A DNA stretch of 64,000 nt. It comes from a virus. Both the position numbers and the translations under genes were made by a program. The stretch lies in IMG/VR virus record IMGVR_UViG_3300017991_000003, positions 32,001-96,000 of that record; one strand, written 5' to 3'. Below, piece after piece: positions 29,180 through 36,486 of this stretch. The notes beneath the pieces are model-generated. The model was given only the letters and a program-made list of their open reading frames with translations, did no database searches and was not told the DNA's origin. Positions within the stretch are counted from its first letter, which is position 1, and each line of letters opens with the position of its first letter.

Positions 29180-29445
29180 TTGTCGATCTTCTCCAGTAGC
29201 CAGGTAAGCAGCCGACCCAGATCAGGCCTGACTAGGTCGTTGCCGGGGTTCGCCGCGCGCCAGCGCTTGACCGCCTCGGTCATGCGCGTTTCCTGGAGCT
29301 CGAACAACCCCTCGTACTCGCGGACCTCGTTTTTGAGCTTCTTGTTCTCCTCCTCGAGCGCAGCGATCCGCTTGCGAAGCTCGAGAGTATCTCTCCAGGG
29401 TGCTTTCATAATCGGTGTGGGGCAAAAAGCGGCGCGGGTCACCAA
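29176..29445 (-). CDS. Hypothetical coiled-coil protein
   Basis: 89 aa; heptad-like RIAALEEENKKLKNEVREYEGL. Confidence 0.5.
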   Translation of the reverse strand: MVTRAAFCPTPIMKAPWRDTLELRKRIAALEEENKKLKNEVREYEGLFELQETRMTEAVKRWRAANPGNDLVRPDLGRLLTWLLEKIDK

Positions 29446-29487
29446 GTCTACAAACTGATGACACCGCGCCGCTAGGCTTCTCAGGGA

Positions 29488-29682
29488 CTACCTCGGGCCT
29501 CTACGCAAAGCTCTTGTCTTTGAAGGACTTAGACTCGTGGTCGAGTGCGCTTGGATAGCATCAGCGAGTAGATCTGCTAGATGATCCGCACGCTCCTCAG
29601 GGGTAGGTGCTTTACGGGCGCGTAGCTCGCGCTTACGTATCCATCTTTGGCGGCGCCTGTGTCGGCGCTTGCTACTGGTCAT
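29488..29682 (-). CDS. Hypothetical small basic protein
   Basis: 64 aa, Arg-rich; may be spurious. Confidence 0.3.
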   Translation of the reverse strand: MTSSKRRHRRRQRWIRKRELRARKAPTPEERADHLADLLADAIQAHSTTSLSPSKTRALRRGPR

Positions 29683-30083
29683 AGGTATGCGATCTGGAAG
29701 AGGCCTTGAGTACCGCCGTCGATCGGGTTCACGGCTTGCACGCCGATCTCGTCGTCATCCGCTAGATCACGCGTACCCATGAACACACCCGTTGGGGGAT
29801 CAATACTATTCACGGAGAGGCCGACGACCTCGCCCGCCGCTAGGTCCCGATGAGCCTCCAGCTGGTACAGAACGCCCCATCGTTTCGCTCGCCAGATCGG
29901 CCCGGTACGTCGAACGACGGGTTCTGGCTCCTCTTCTTGAAGGTGCTCCTGAAAGTGCTCCCGGATGCGATTCTCGATCTTGCGTACCTGCTTCGAGGTC
30001 CCGAGCTCGCTAGCAGCTGAAAGAGCCTCGAGAAGATCATCCAGACGCTGCATCGGCGTGGGCTCGTCGAGGGGTCTACGCAT
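29679..30083 (-). CDS. Hypothetical protein
   Basis: 134-aa ORF. Confidence 0.5.
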   Translation of the reverse strand: MRRPLDEPTPMQRLDDLLEALSAASELGTSKQVRKIENRIREHFQEHLQEEEPEPVVRRTGPIWRAKRWGVLYQLEAHRDLAAGEVVGLSVNSIDPPTGVFMGTRDLADDDEIGVQAVNPIDGGTQGLFQIAYL

Positions 30084-30441
30084 GACTGGCTAGGAGCTCT
30101 CGCAAGACCTCGTAGTCCTCCCTCCTCATCTGGAGCGATACGTAGCCGCGAGGCCACGGACCACCGCTGGGGCGGGCCAGGGAGTCCAGGAGTTCCCGGA
30201 TTTGCTGGCACTCCTTCGCAGTGTCACGGTGACGAAGCGTGACCGGGACGATCTTGTAGCCCCGCCGAGACGCAGACTGGCGAGACTCTCCCCACTTCTT
30301 CCAGAAGCGGTCCGCCCACTCGCTGCCTAGGTGGTAGGCCACATGCTCGAAGGACTCGCCCCAGGCAGCGTCTTGGCTGTCGGAGACAGTGTCTGGCTCG
30401 ATGGTGCCGTCGGGTAGTTGTAGTGCGTACAGCATGATCAA
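30076..30441 (-). CDS. Hypothetical protein
   Basis: 121-aa ORF. Confidence 0.5.
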   Translation of the reverse strand: MIMLYALQLPDGTIEPDTVSDSQDAAWGESFEHVAYHLGSEWADRFWKKWGESRQSASRRGYKIVPVTLRHRDTAKECQQIRELLDSLARPSGGPWPRGYVSLQMRREDYEVLRELLASHA

Positions 30442-30537
30442 TCCTCGCAGTTGCCCGCGGGTCTGGGGTAGTTGCAGTAGGGGCAGGGGTCGTCATGGCA
30501 GGTCTCCGCCGGCCGATCCAACTCGGCCCCGCACATG

Positions 30538-31044
30538 TCACAGGTCGGTTTCAAGTGACTGATCCAGCTCCGCGAGCTGATCAAGGACCTCGGCGCGGTC
30601 TCGCCACTCATCAGGATGAGGCAGGATGCTCTGGTACGTTTCTAGTAGGCGCTCACCGCGACAGAGCCAGCACCAGTCCTTCTCGCTTTGATGACGCTCA
30701 GGACAGGGGCATGGGAGCTCATCCGGGTCGGCGTAGGCGTTCACACGCTCTTTGATGAACTCGATAAGAGGGGCCACCTCCTCAACACGCACAAGATTGT
30801 GCATCTGCTGATTATCGATCACCGTATGCCAGACCCCGCTCATTCGGGCTCGCTCAGCTTTGAGTCGAACAGCGGCATGAAACTCTTCCCAGGCCGCCGG
30901 ATCCCACCACCACGCAGCATAGACCGGACAGCTGGAGCTGTCGCATCGGACCTTGTGCGGGGTTGATGGGGTTAGCGGCACCTCAGTCGGCGGCTGCTCA
31001 CACAGGGAACAGGAGCACAGCTCTTTAGTCATCATCATCACCAT
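30538..31044 (-). CDS. Hypothetical Cys-rich protein
   Basis: 168 aa; CSCSLCEQ and CPCPERH...CWLC clusters. Confidence 0.5.
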   Translation of the reverse strand: MVMMMTKELCSCSLCEQPPTEVPLTPSTPHKVRCDSSSCPVYAAWWWDPAAWEEFHAAVRLKAERARMSGVWHTVIDNQQMHNLVRVEEVAPLIEFIKERVNAYADPDELPCPCPERHQSEKDWCWLCRGERLLETYQSILPHPDEWRDRAEVLDQLAELDQSLETDL

Positions 31045-31375
31045 CTAGATCGAGGCCGCACTTCCAGCAGATACGAGCGAGCGGATCTTCGGGCGTACCG
31101 ATCGGATCATGGCGTCCAGCAGCGCAGCCGCGGGCTCCGCACTCGGTGCAGATCCACTCACCAAAATCGTCGTCGAACCTCATCGACTCATGAGGGCAGT
31201 TCTCATCCCCACCGCGGGCCTCGTCGATGGCATCAACGATAGCCTCTTGGAGGTCCTCAATAGCAGACACAGTGTGCGCAACCAGGAGTAGATCCGACTT
31301 TACGACGTTGATCAGGTGCTCGATCTTCTTGGTAATCAAGTCCGGGCACTTACGCGCTTTAGAGGTATCACTCAT
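31025..31375 (-). CDS. Hypothetical zinc-ribbon protein
   Basis: 116 aa; CTECGARGC...CWKCG. Confidence 0.5.
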   Translation of the reverse strand: MSDTSKARKCPDLITKKIEHLINVVKSDLLLVAHTVSAIEDLQEAIVDAIDEARGGDENCPHESMRFDDDFGEWICTECGARGCAAGRHDPIGTPEDPLARICWKCGLDLDGDDDD

Positions 31376-31841
31376 CGCAGTGGTAGGGATTGAGGCGGGC
31401 TAGGGACTCAGCATCGTGCCCGCGTGGGCAGAACTCGAGAGCCCCCGCCAACCAGACATCCGAGAGGTACCCCCGGACCGCGTGCTGGGCCTGCACCAGA
31501 TCGAACTCGATTGTGGTCTCGGGGCACAGCAGGCATGCCGGATCGCCGCATACGCCGGGGTCGGTGAGTAGGCCCGTGCAGATGACACAGCGCTTATCAA
31601 CCGCCGAATCGGCCTCGATGAGCGGAGGGATCTGACCAAGCAGCTCTTCAAGCTCGACGAACCGATCGCCGTCGGAGACATAGGCCTCCCAGTTTTCGGC
31701 ATCATCGCAGAGCCCGGCCTCGGCCTTGGCCTCTTCAACCATGTAGTCGTAGGTGAGCTGCAACTGCTCACGCACGGTTGCAAGATCTAGCTCGTGATGA
31801 TTCTTAGTACTCATGCGAACGCCTCCTGGCAGTTGACGCAT
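31368..31841 (-). CDS. Hypothetical Cys-rich protein
   Basis: 157-aa ORF with multiple Cys pairs. Confidence 0.5.
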   Translation of the reverse strand: MRQLPGGVRMSTKNHHELDLATVREQLQLTYDYMVEEAKAEAGLCDDAENWEAYVSDGDRFVELEELLGQIPPLIEADSAVDKRCVICTGLLTDPGVCGDPACLLCPETTIEFDLVQAQHAVRGYLSDVWLAGALEFCPRGHDAESLARLNPYHCDE

Positions 31842-32302
31842 CTGTTGGTGTTCGGGGGGTTGATGTTGTCACACTGCTCACAGGTCCAGGTGGCGCCGGC
31901 AGGTACTTCCCCCTCAGCCTTGCGGATCTCTTCGATCTCCTTGCGGAAGGCCTCCTCGTCAGCGGCCCACCACTGGCCGGGCGCCTGCCCGTCGAGCTGG
32001 AGGTATCCCATGATCTGGACGCCCTCGCTCAGGTAGCGCTTGATCACCGCCCGCCGGGCCTTGGATTGCATCTCACCCGGGACCAGGATTCCGAAGGTCA
32101 GAAGCGCCCGGTAAGCCTCGTTGAGATGATCGTAGAGCGCTGCCCTGATATTGCTGTGCTCGGTTCGAGCGGCATCACCTAGCCGCTGATTGCGGCTGAC
32201 ATGGGCGAGGGCGTAGTCCAGCGCTACGATGCGAGACTCGCAGTCCTTGATGCGCTCGAGGCAGGTGCTGAAAGCCTGCTCGATGATTGGTGTGTCGGTC
32301 AT
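31811..32302 (-). CDS. Hypothetical zinc-ribbon protein
   Basis: Start set at internal Met giving ATGA overlap with the upstream gene stop; C-terminal CEQCDNINPPNTNRCVNCQ. Confidence 0.5.
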   Translation of the reverse strand: MTDTPIIEQAFSTCLERIKDCESRIVALDYALAHVSRNQRLGDAARTEHSNIRAALYDHLNEAYRALLTFGILVPGEMQSKARRAVIKRYLSEGVQIMGYLQLDGQAPGQWWAADEEAFRKEIEEIRKAEGEVPAGATWTCEQCDNINPPNTNRCVNCQEAFA

Positions 32303-32628
32303 GGCTTGTCGGGGGTTATCGCCAGGAGACGGCCTCGGGGGCAGTCGGTTTCGTGACCACCGTCGGGGAGGTGGGCGTGACAGGTCGGGCACGCATGGCC
32401 CTGGCTTTTGCGGTAATCGTCCTCCTGACGAATGATGTCGATGGCTTCGTAGAGCGCCTCGATGATCTCGGGGATGTCACGCACCATGGCGACTGCCTCA
32501 ACACCCGAAAGCGGGACTCGGCCAACGTTCAGGTAGTGGCCGATACGGGCCAGGTTCTCCGGGACATCCCAGGTCTGGGCGATCTCGGAATACATGTCGA
32601 GCGGTAGATAGTGCCAGCGGTCGGTCAT
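32299..32628 (-). CDS. Hypothetical zinc-binding protein
   Basis: 109 aa; CPTCHAHLPDGGHETDCPRG. Confidence 0.5.
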   Translation of the reverse strand: MTDRWHYLPLDMYSEIAQTWDVPENLARIGHYLNVGRVPLSGVEAVAMVRDIPEIIEALYEAIDIIRQEDDYRKSQGHACPTCHAHLPDGGHETDCPRGRLLAITPDKP

Positions 32629-33149
32629 GCTTTGTCTCGTAGGAATGGAGCTAGCGCTTTGATCAAGGAGTCACGCTGCTCAGGTGTGAGGTCTTCTAGT
32701 ACGGCCTTGGCGTTATCCACCAGGTCCTCGACAGCCGTCGGTTGAATCACATGGCCGTGGAGGACCATCGAGCCTTGCAGGCGGAACGCGCTCGTCTTGC
32801 TCGGCATCATGGCAGCCATCCTGAACACACCACGACATCCGCTTCCAGCGTCGCAAAGATGTCCGAGCTTGTAGCTAGAGCCGAAGCCGCAGCCGGTGCA
32901 GTAGCAGAGCCACGGGACATCGCCGTCAGGGTCGCTTCCCTCACGCCATTGATTCGCGCGCCGAAGCTCCTTGATCCGCTTTACCGTATGCAGCGGCGTC
33001 TCCGGATCACGGTAGCCGTTCAGCATCCGATTGACCCAGTCGCGCACGGACTCGCCGTGATCACGCTGCCATCCGGCGGCGCCGTGGGTGATCGAAGAGC
33101 CCTCAAGGGAGATGCGGAGCTCGGTCCACCAGTCGTGGTCGTCAGTCAT
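32625..33149 (-). CDS. Hypothetical protein
   Basis: 174-aa ORF with CYCTGCGFGSSYKLGHLCDAGSGC cluster. Confidence 0.5.
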   Translation of the reverse strand: MTDDHDWWTELRISLEGSSITHGAAGWQRDHGESVRDWVNRMLNGYRDPETPLHTVKRIKELRRANQWREGSDPDGDVPWLCYCTGCGFGSSYKLGHLCDAGSGCRGVFRMAAMMPSKTSAFRLQGSMVLHGHVIQPTAVEDLVDNAKAVLEDLTPEQRDSLIKALAPFLRDKA

Positions 33150-33657
33150 TTTGATAGAAGGTGTCAGAGCCTAGACCAGCGCGGTGAAGCTCGAAGACGA
33201 GCTCCTCGTGTAGAGGCTCGAGAGCCCGCCACGCTACAGCGTGAACGAGGTCGTTCAGGGCTTGGTGTTGATGCTGGGGGGTGGATCCAGCTGGGACAGA
33301 ACTCATCACCCTGAGAGGGTCAAGACGTGCCTCGAGCGTGCGCGTTTCAGTGTTGACCTGGATCAGCACCTCGACATACGCCGGCTCTAGGCGATCCCTG
33401 CACCCCGGGACTCGAGTGACCTGTAGGACGCGGATCAGGTTGCTCTGGATCTGGGAGAAGGCGTACTCTCGAGCAACCCGCTGAGCGATGTTTTCACGGG
33501 CCTCGACCTGCTTGATCAGGTCAAGCCGATGCTTGGAGACGAGGCGCTTCAGCTCTCGGCGATCTGGCTCAGTCATCATAGCGCTCCTCTTGCCACTTCT
33601 TGTGGAGCCACTCAGCCAGCTCCTCCATGTCGCGCTCAGCCGCAGCTCTGCGGACAT
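33142..33657 (-). CDS. Hypothetical protein
   Basis: 171-aa ORF; start uncertain. Confidence 0.5.
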   Translation of the reverse strand: MSAELRLSATWRSWLSGSTRSGKRSAMMTEPDRRELKRLVSKHRLDLIKQVEARENIAQRVAREYAFSQIQSNLIRVLQVTRVPGCRDRLEPAYVEVLIQVNTETRTLEARLDPLRVMSSVPAGSTPQHQHQALNDLVHAVAWRALEPLHEELVFELHRAGLGSDTFYQND

Positions 33658-33734
33658 CGGAGTCGATGTAGGGATCTACGTGGTCGTCGTCGCACAGCTG
33701 GAGCAGGCGCTCCAAGAAGGCCGTCATGCGGGGG

Positions 33735-34040
33735 TTAGTCATCGGTCTTGTTCTCCATCATCCAGTGCCAGACGGAGTAGGCCCACTTGGAGCCGTAATC
33801 CACGTGGCCGGCAGCGGACTGCTCGGCCTCTTTGATGAGCTCGAGGGGCGGCCGGGGGAGGCCGTGAGCCTCCGCCTGGTCTCGAGCTTCTCGCCAGACG
33901 GCCATGACCTCAGCGTTGTGCCACTCCCGGAACCCGCGTTCTTCTCGATGAGCCGCCTCCTTCTGGAAGGCGTCGTAGAGAGCGCGCGGGATCTCGTGGG
34001 TCGGGCGGAACCAGTCCCTGCCGCCGCTCATGTCTGGCAC
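33735..34040 (-). CDS. Hypothetical protein
   Basis: 101-aa ORF. Confidence 0.5.
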   Translation of the reverse strand: MPDMSGGRDWFRPTHEIPRALYDAFQKEAAHREERGFREWHNAEVMAVWREARDQAEAHGLPRPPLELIKEAEQSAAGHVDYGSKWAYSVWHWMMENKTDD

Positions 34041-34525
34041 TCCTCGGGAGTGTCAGCGAGTTGGTCGGGCTTGATGACCGTGGTCTTCACATCAGCCGTG
34101 CCAGTCAGCGCAGCCATTTCGAGCGCATGTCGAATAGCACTGTTGACCTGGTTCCAGCGCGCGCGGAGTACACCGGCCGTAGAGCCGAAGACGCAGTGGG
34201 GGTTGTGGTGCTTGACTAGCTCTTCACCGAACAGGGTCGTGATGGTAATGGAGCCATCACAAAGGGCGCAGGACTCGGTCGGGGCGCTTATGTCTTCCCC
34301 CTCGAGGCTCTCTGCGCAGTTGTTGCAGAGGCACATCCAGAGCCCGTCCGCGTACTTGAGCTGCGAGCACTTCTTGCAGGAGAACTCCCCGCAGGAGTCG
34401 CAGGTATCCGTGATCTGGCCTTCGGGATCACCAGGGGCCCAGCCCCCGCTACCACCCCACCCAGGTGGGGCAAGGCAGTCGTAGTCGGCTACGCGGCAGT
34501 AGCCCTTAGTGGCATCGTTTGTCAT
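34028..34525 (-). CDS. Hypothetical Cys-rich protein
   Basis: 165 aa with many CxxC pairs. Confidence 0.5.
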   Translation of the reverse strand: MTNDATKGYCRVADYDCLAPPGWGGSGGWAPGDPEGQITDTCDSCGEFSCKKCSQLKYADGLWMCLCNNCAESLEGEDISAPTESCALCDGSITITTLFGEELVKHHNPHCVFGSTAGVLRARWNQVNSAIRHALEMAALTGTADVKTTVIKPDQLADTPEECQT

Positions 34526-34763
34526 GGGCGCATGTTTGGCAGTAGCGATCGTCGGGAGTCTCTATCGGTTTGAAGCTGTCGCAGACGTCGGGGACGTCGG
34601 TGATGTTGCCCCAATCGCGAGGATCACACTTACACGTCAGAGGGATGAGTACCGGTTTGAAGTGGTGATGATCGTCCTCGGGTTGGAGGCAGTACTGGCA
34701 CATGTCGATGCGGCGTCTAGCCTTCGTCATTGATCGTCTCCATATAGATGCGGGTGGTGTCAC
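34506..34763 (-). CDS. Hypothetical small Cys-rich protein
   Basis: 85-aa ORF. Confidence 0.45.
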   Translation of the reverse strand: MTPPASIWRRSMTKARRRIDMCQYCLQPEDDHHHFKPVLIPLTCKCDPRDWGNITDVPDVCDSFKPIETPDDRYCQTCAHDKRCH

Positions 34764-34889
34764 CCTGCCGGTCGATTACAAGAGCTCGCCGCCCATCCAC
34801 CCAGTACAGGACGAATATGGCGGCGATGATGATGAGGATGGATGCGAGGTCTCCGCCGCAACCGCGGGGGGCCTGGACCTTGATCTCAC

Positions 34890-35306
34890 TCACCCGCGTC
34901 TCCGGTTACCGCGGGACTCACCCCGCTCCCAGAGGGTCTCGCACGCGTCGCATCGGCACTTGGTCCAAGGCCCGTCACGTAGCTTGCCGACGGCTCCGCA
35001 GAACTCACACTCCTGGCTACTACGCTCCTCTGCACGCTCAATGATGGGCGTGAAGACGTCCATGACTCCACTGGTATAGATGCGGAGCGTGCCGAACTTC
35101 TCCTTGATCTGGACAACTCGGCAGTCGTCTTGGATCACAGCCCGCCGACGCGGACTCATGTGCAGGGATAGCCGGGCAGCTTCCTCCATATCCTCGAGGG
35201 CCTCGAACAGGATGTTGAACCAACCGTCGTGGCAGGAGATGACGTCGGGGTCTGGGAGGGTTAGCGGGGCATGCGCCCCGAGGCATGTCCTAAGTGCTTT
35301 TAGCAT
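34890..35306 (-). CDS. Hypothetical Cys-rich protein
   Basis: 138 aa; CEFCGAVGKLRDGPWTKCRCDAC. Confidence 0.5.
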   Translation of the reverse strand: MLKALRTCLGAHAPLTLPDPDVISCHDGWFNILFEALEDMEEAARLSLHMSPRRRAVIQDDCRVVQIKEKFGTLRIYTSGVMDVFTPIIERAEERSSQECEFCGAVGKLRDGPWTKCRCDACETLWERGESRGNRRRG

Positions 35307-35595
35307 GCTTCAAGGCGCGGCTGCGCTGGAGGTAGGTGAGCCGGATACTAGAGGCGCGGGCCCTCGAGGATGCCATCTCCGCTTTCCACAACTCGTGGTC
35401 ATGGATGGCTTTGAGGCAGTTCAAACAGGTTGTGCCCTCGATGTCCGGGTGCGCGTCCTGGCTGTAAGCCGGTTTGACAGTGTTGGGTACTTTTCGGCCG
35501 CACCATGTGCGCCAAGTCCCGTCATGTCGGTAGCTACCGCCGACGTAGTGACGCCAGGCGTGGTTAGCGCGTGCCACGAGCCTCGGCGACCTCAT
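35290..35595 (-). CDS. Hypothetical protein (start uncertain)
   Basis: Track ORF trimmed to internal Met; contains CLNC pair. Confidence 0.4.
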   Translation of the reverse strand: MRSPRLVARANHAWRHYVGGSYRHDGTWRTWCGRKVPNTVKPAYSQDAHPDIEGTTCLNCLKAIHDHELWKAEMASSRARASSIRLTYLQRSRALKHAKST

Positions 35596-35797
35596 TCCAC
35601 CAACCCGGGCCAACCTGCCGACCCGTGCAGCCGGCGGTGCTGCAATCTTCGTTGAGCCGTTCCTCGGTACCCAGTACCCCACACGCGGTGCAGTAGATAC
35701 GAGTGTAGGGCGGGTCCTTACGCTTGGAGCAGATCCGGCGGTTCTCGCGTCGGACGGAGATAATGAGACGGCACGCCTCAGGAGTGAGCTCTTCCAT
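35564..35797 (-). CDS. Hypothetical small zinc-finger-like protein
   Basis: 77 aa; CTACG...CSTAGC. Confidence 0.4.
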   Translation of the reverse strand: MEELTPEACRLIISVRRENRRICSKRKDPPYTRIYCTACGVLGTEERLNEDCSTAGCTGRQVGPGWWNEVAEARGTR

Positions 35798-35799
35798 GA

Positions 35800-36249
35800 T
35801 CAGGGGATGAGGAGGTTGTGGCAGGGGACGCAGAGACTGGCGGACTCGCCGGCGTTACCCGAGTCGAACTCGACGGGCATCTCGCCGATCGACACGAGCT
35901 CGTGCTCCATGTGGATCGTCTCGCCGCAGTGGTCGCAGAAGACGGGCTCCTTGAGCTCCTCGTCGATGAAGACGATCTCAGCACGGGTCACGCGGCCCTC
36001 GTCGTTGGTGGTGACGATCACACGGTAGGCGCCGTCGCCGTATCCGCTGGGGATGGCCAAGCCGATGCCGGATCCGAGAGGTTCCTGCACACCCGAGCCG
36101 TCAGCCTTTTCGCTTCGGTCCAGGTCTTTGCAGAAGTCGGCCCAGGTCAAGGGCCCGTGGGAGGAGTCCGCGCCGATGATGTAGCAGGGGTCGCCTAGCC
36201 AGATCATGCCGGCGTCGACGCCGATGGTGTGGTAAGTGCGTTTAGGCAT
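35800..36249 (-). CDS. Hypothetical protein
   Basis: Start taken at internal Met (MPKRTYHTIGVDAG); C-terminal CDHCG...CVPCH. Confidence 0.5.
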   Translation of the reverse strand: MPKRTYHTIGVDAGMIWLGDPCYIIGADSSHGPLTWADFCKDLDRSEKADGSGVQEPLGSGIGLAIPSGYGDGAYRVIVTTNDEGRVTRAEIVFIDEELKEPVFCDHCGETIHMEHELVSIGEMPVEFDSGNAGESASLCVPCHNLLIP

Positions 36250-36427
36250 CAGGGGTCTCCTCGATGTGGGCAGCGGGATCGGGGCACGTGTTCGCAGCAA
36301 GCCTCGCCCGGTAGTCGACCGAGGTGAAGTAGACGACAGCGACAAGGAAGGCGCCTAGAGCGAGGCTGAGGGAGATGACAACAGCAGCGCTCGGCCAGTC
36401 GAGGCTTGTGGGTTTTTGGCTATTCAT
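36242..36427 (-). CDS. Small single-TM membrane protein
   Basis: 61 aa with one hydrophobic helix. Confidence 0.4.
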   Translation of the reverse strand: MNSQKPTSLDWPSAAVVISLSLALGAFLVAVVYFTSVDYRARLAANTCPDPAAHIEETPDA

Positions 36428-36443
36428 GAATCAGATAGGAGCA

Positions 36444-36481
36444 GGGCCTGGTGTACATGAGACTCATGCCACACCAGGCCC
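36444..36481 (-). other. Perfect 11-bp stem-loop downstream of the DNA polymerase gene
   Basis: GGGCCTGGTGT at 36444-36454 pairs with ACACCAGGCCC at 36471-36481; loop holds a nested CATGAG/CTCATG palindrome; no U-run. Confidence 0.35.
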
Positions 36482-36486
36482 TCGCG

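Noticed and set aside
30224-30541. 105-aa minus-strand ORF overlapping 30076-30441
   Set aside because: Thr/Arg/Pro-rich junk translation in an alternate frame of a better gene
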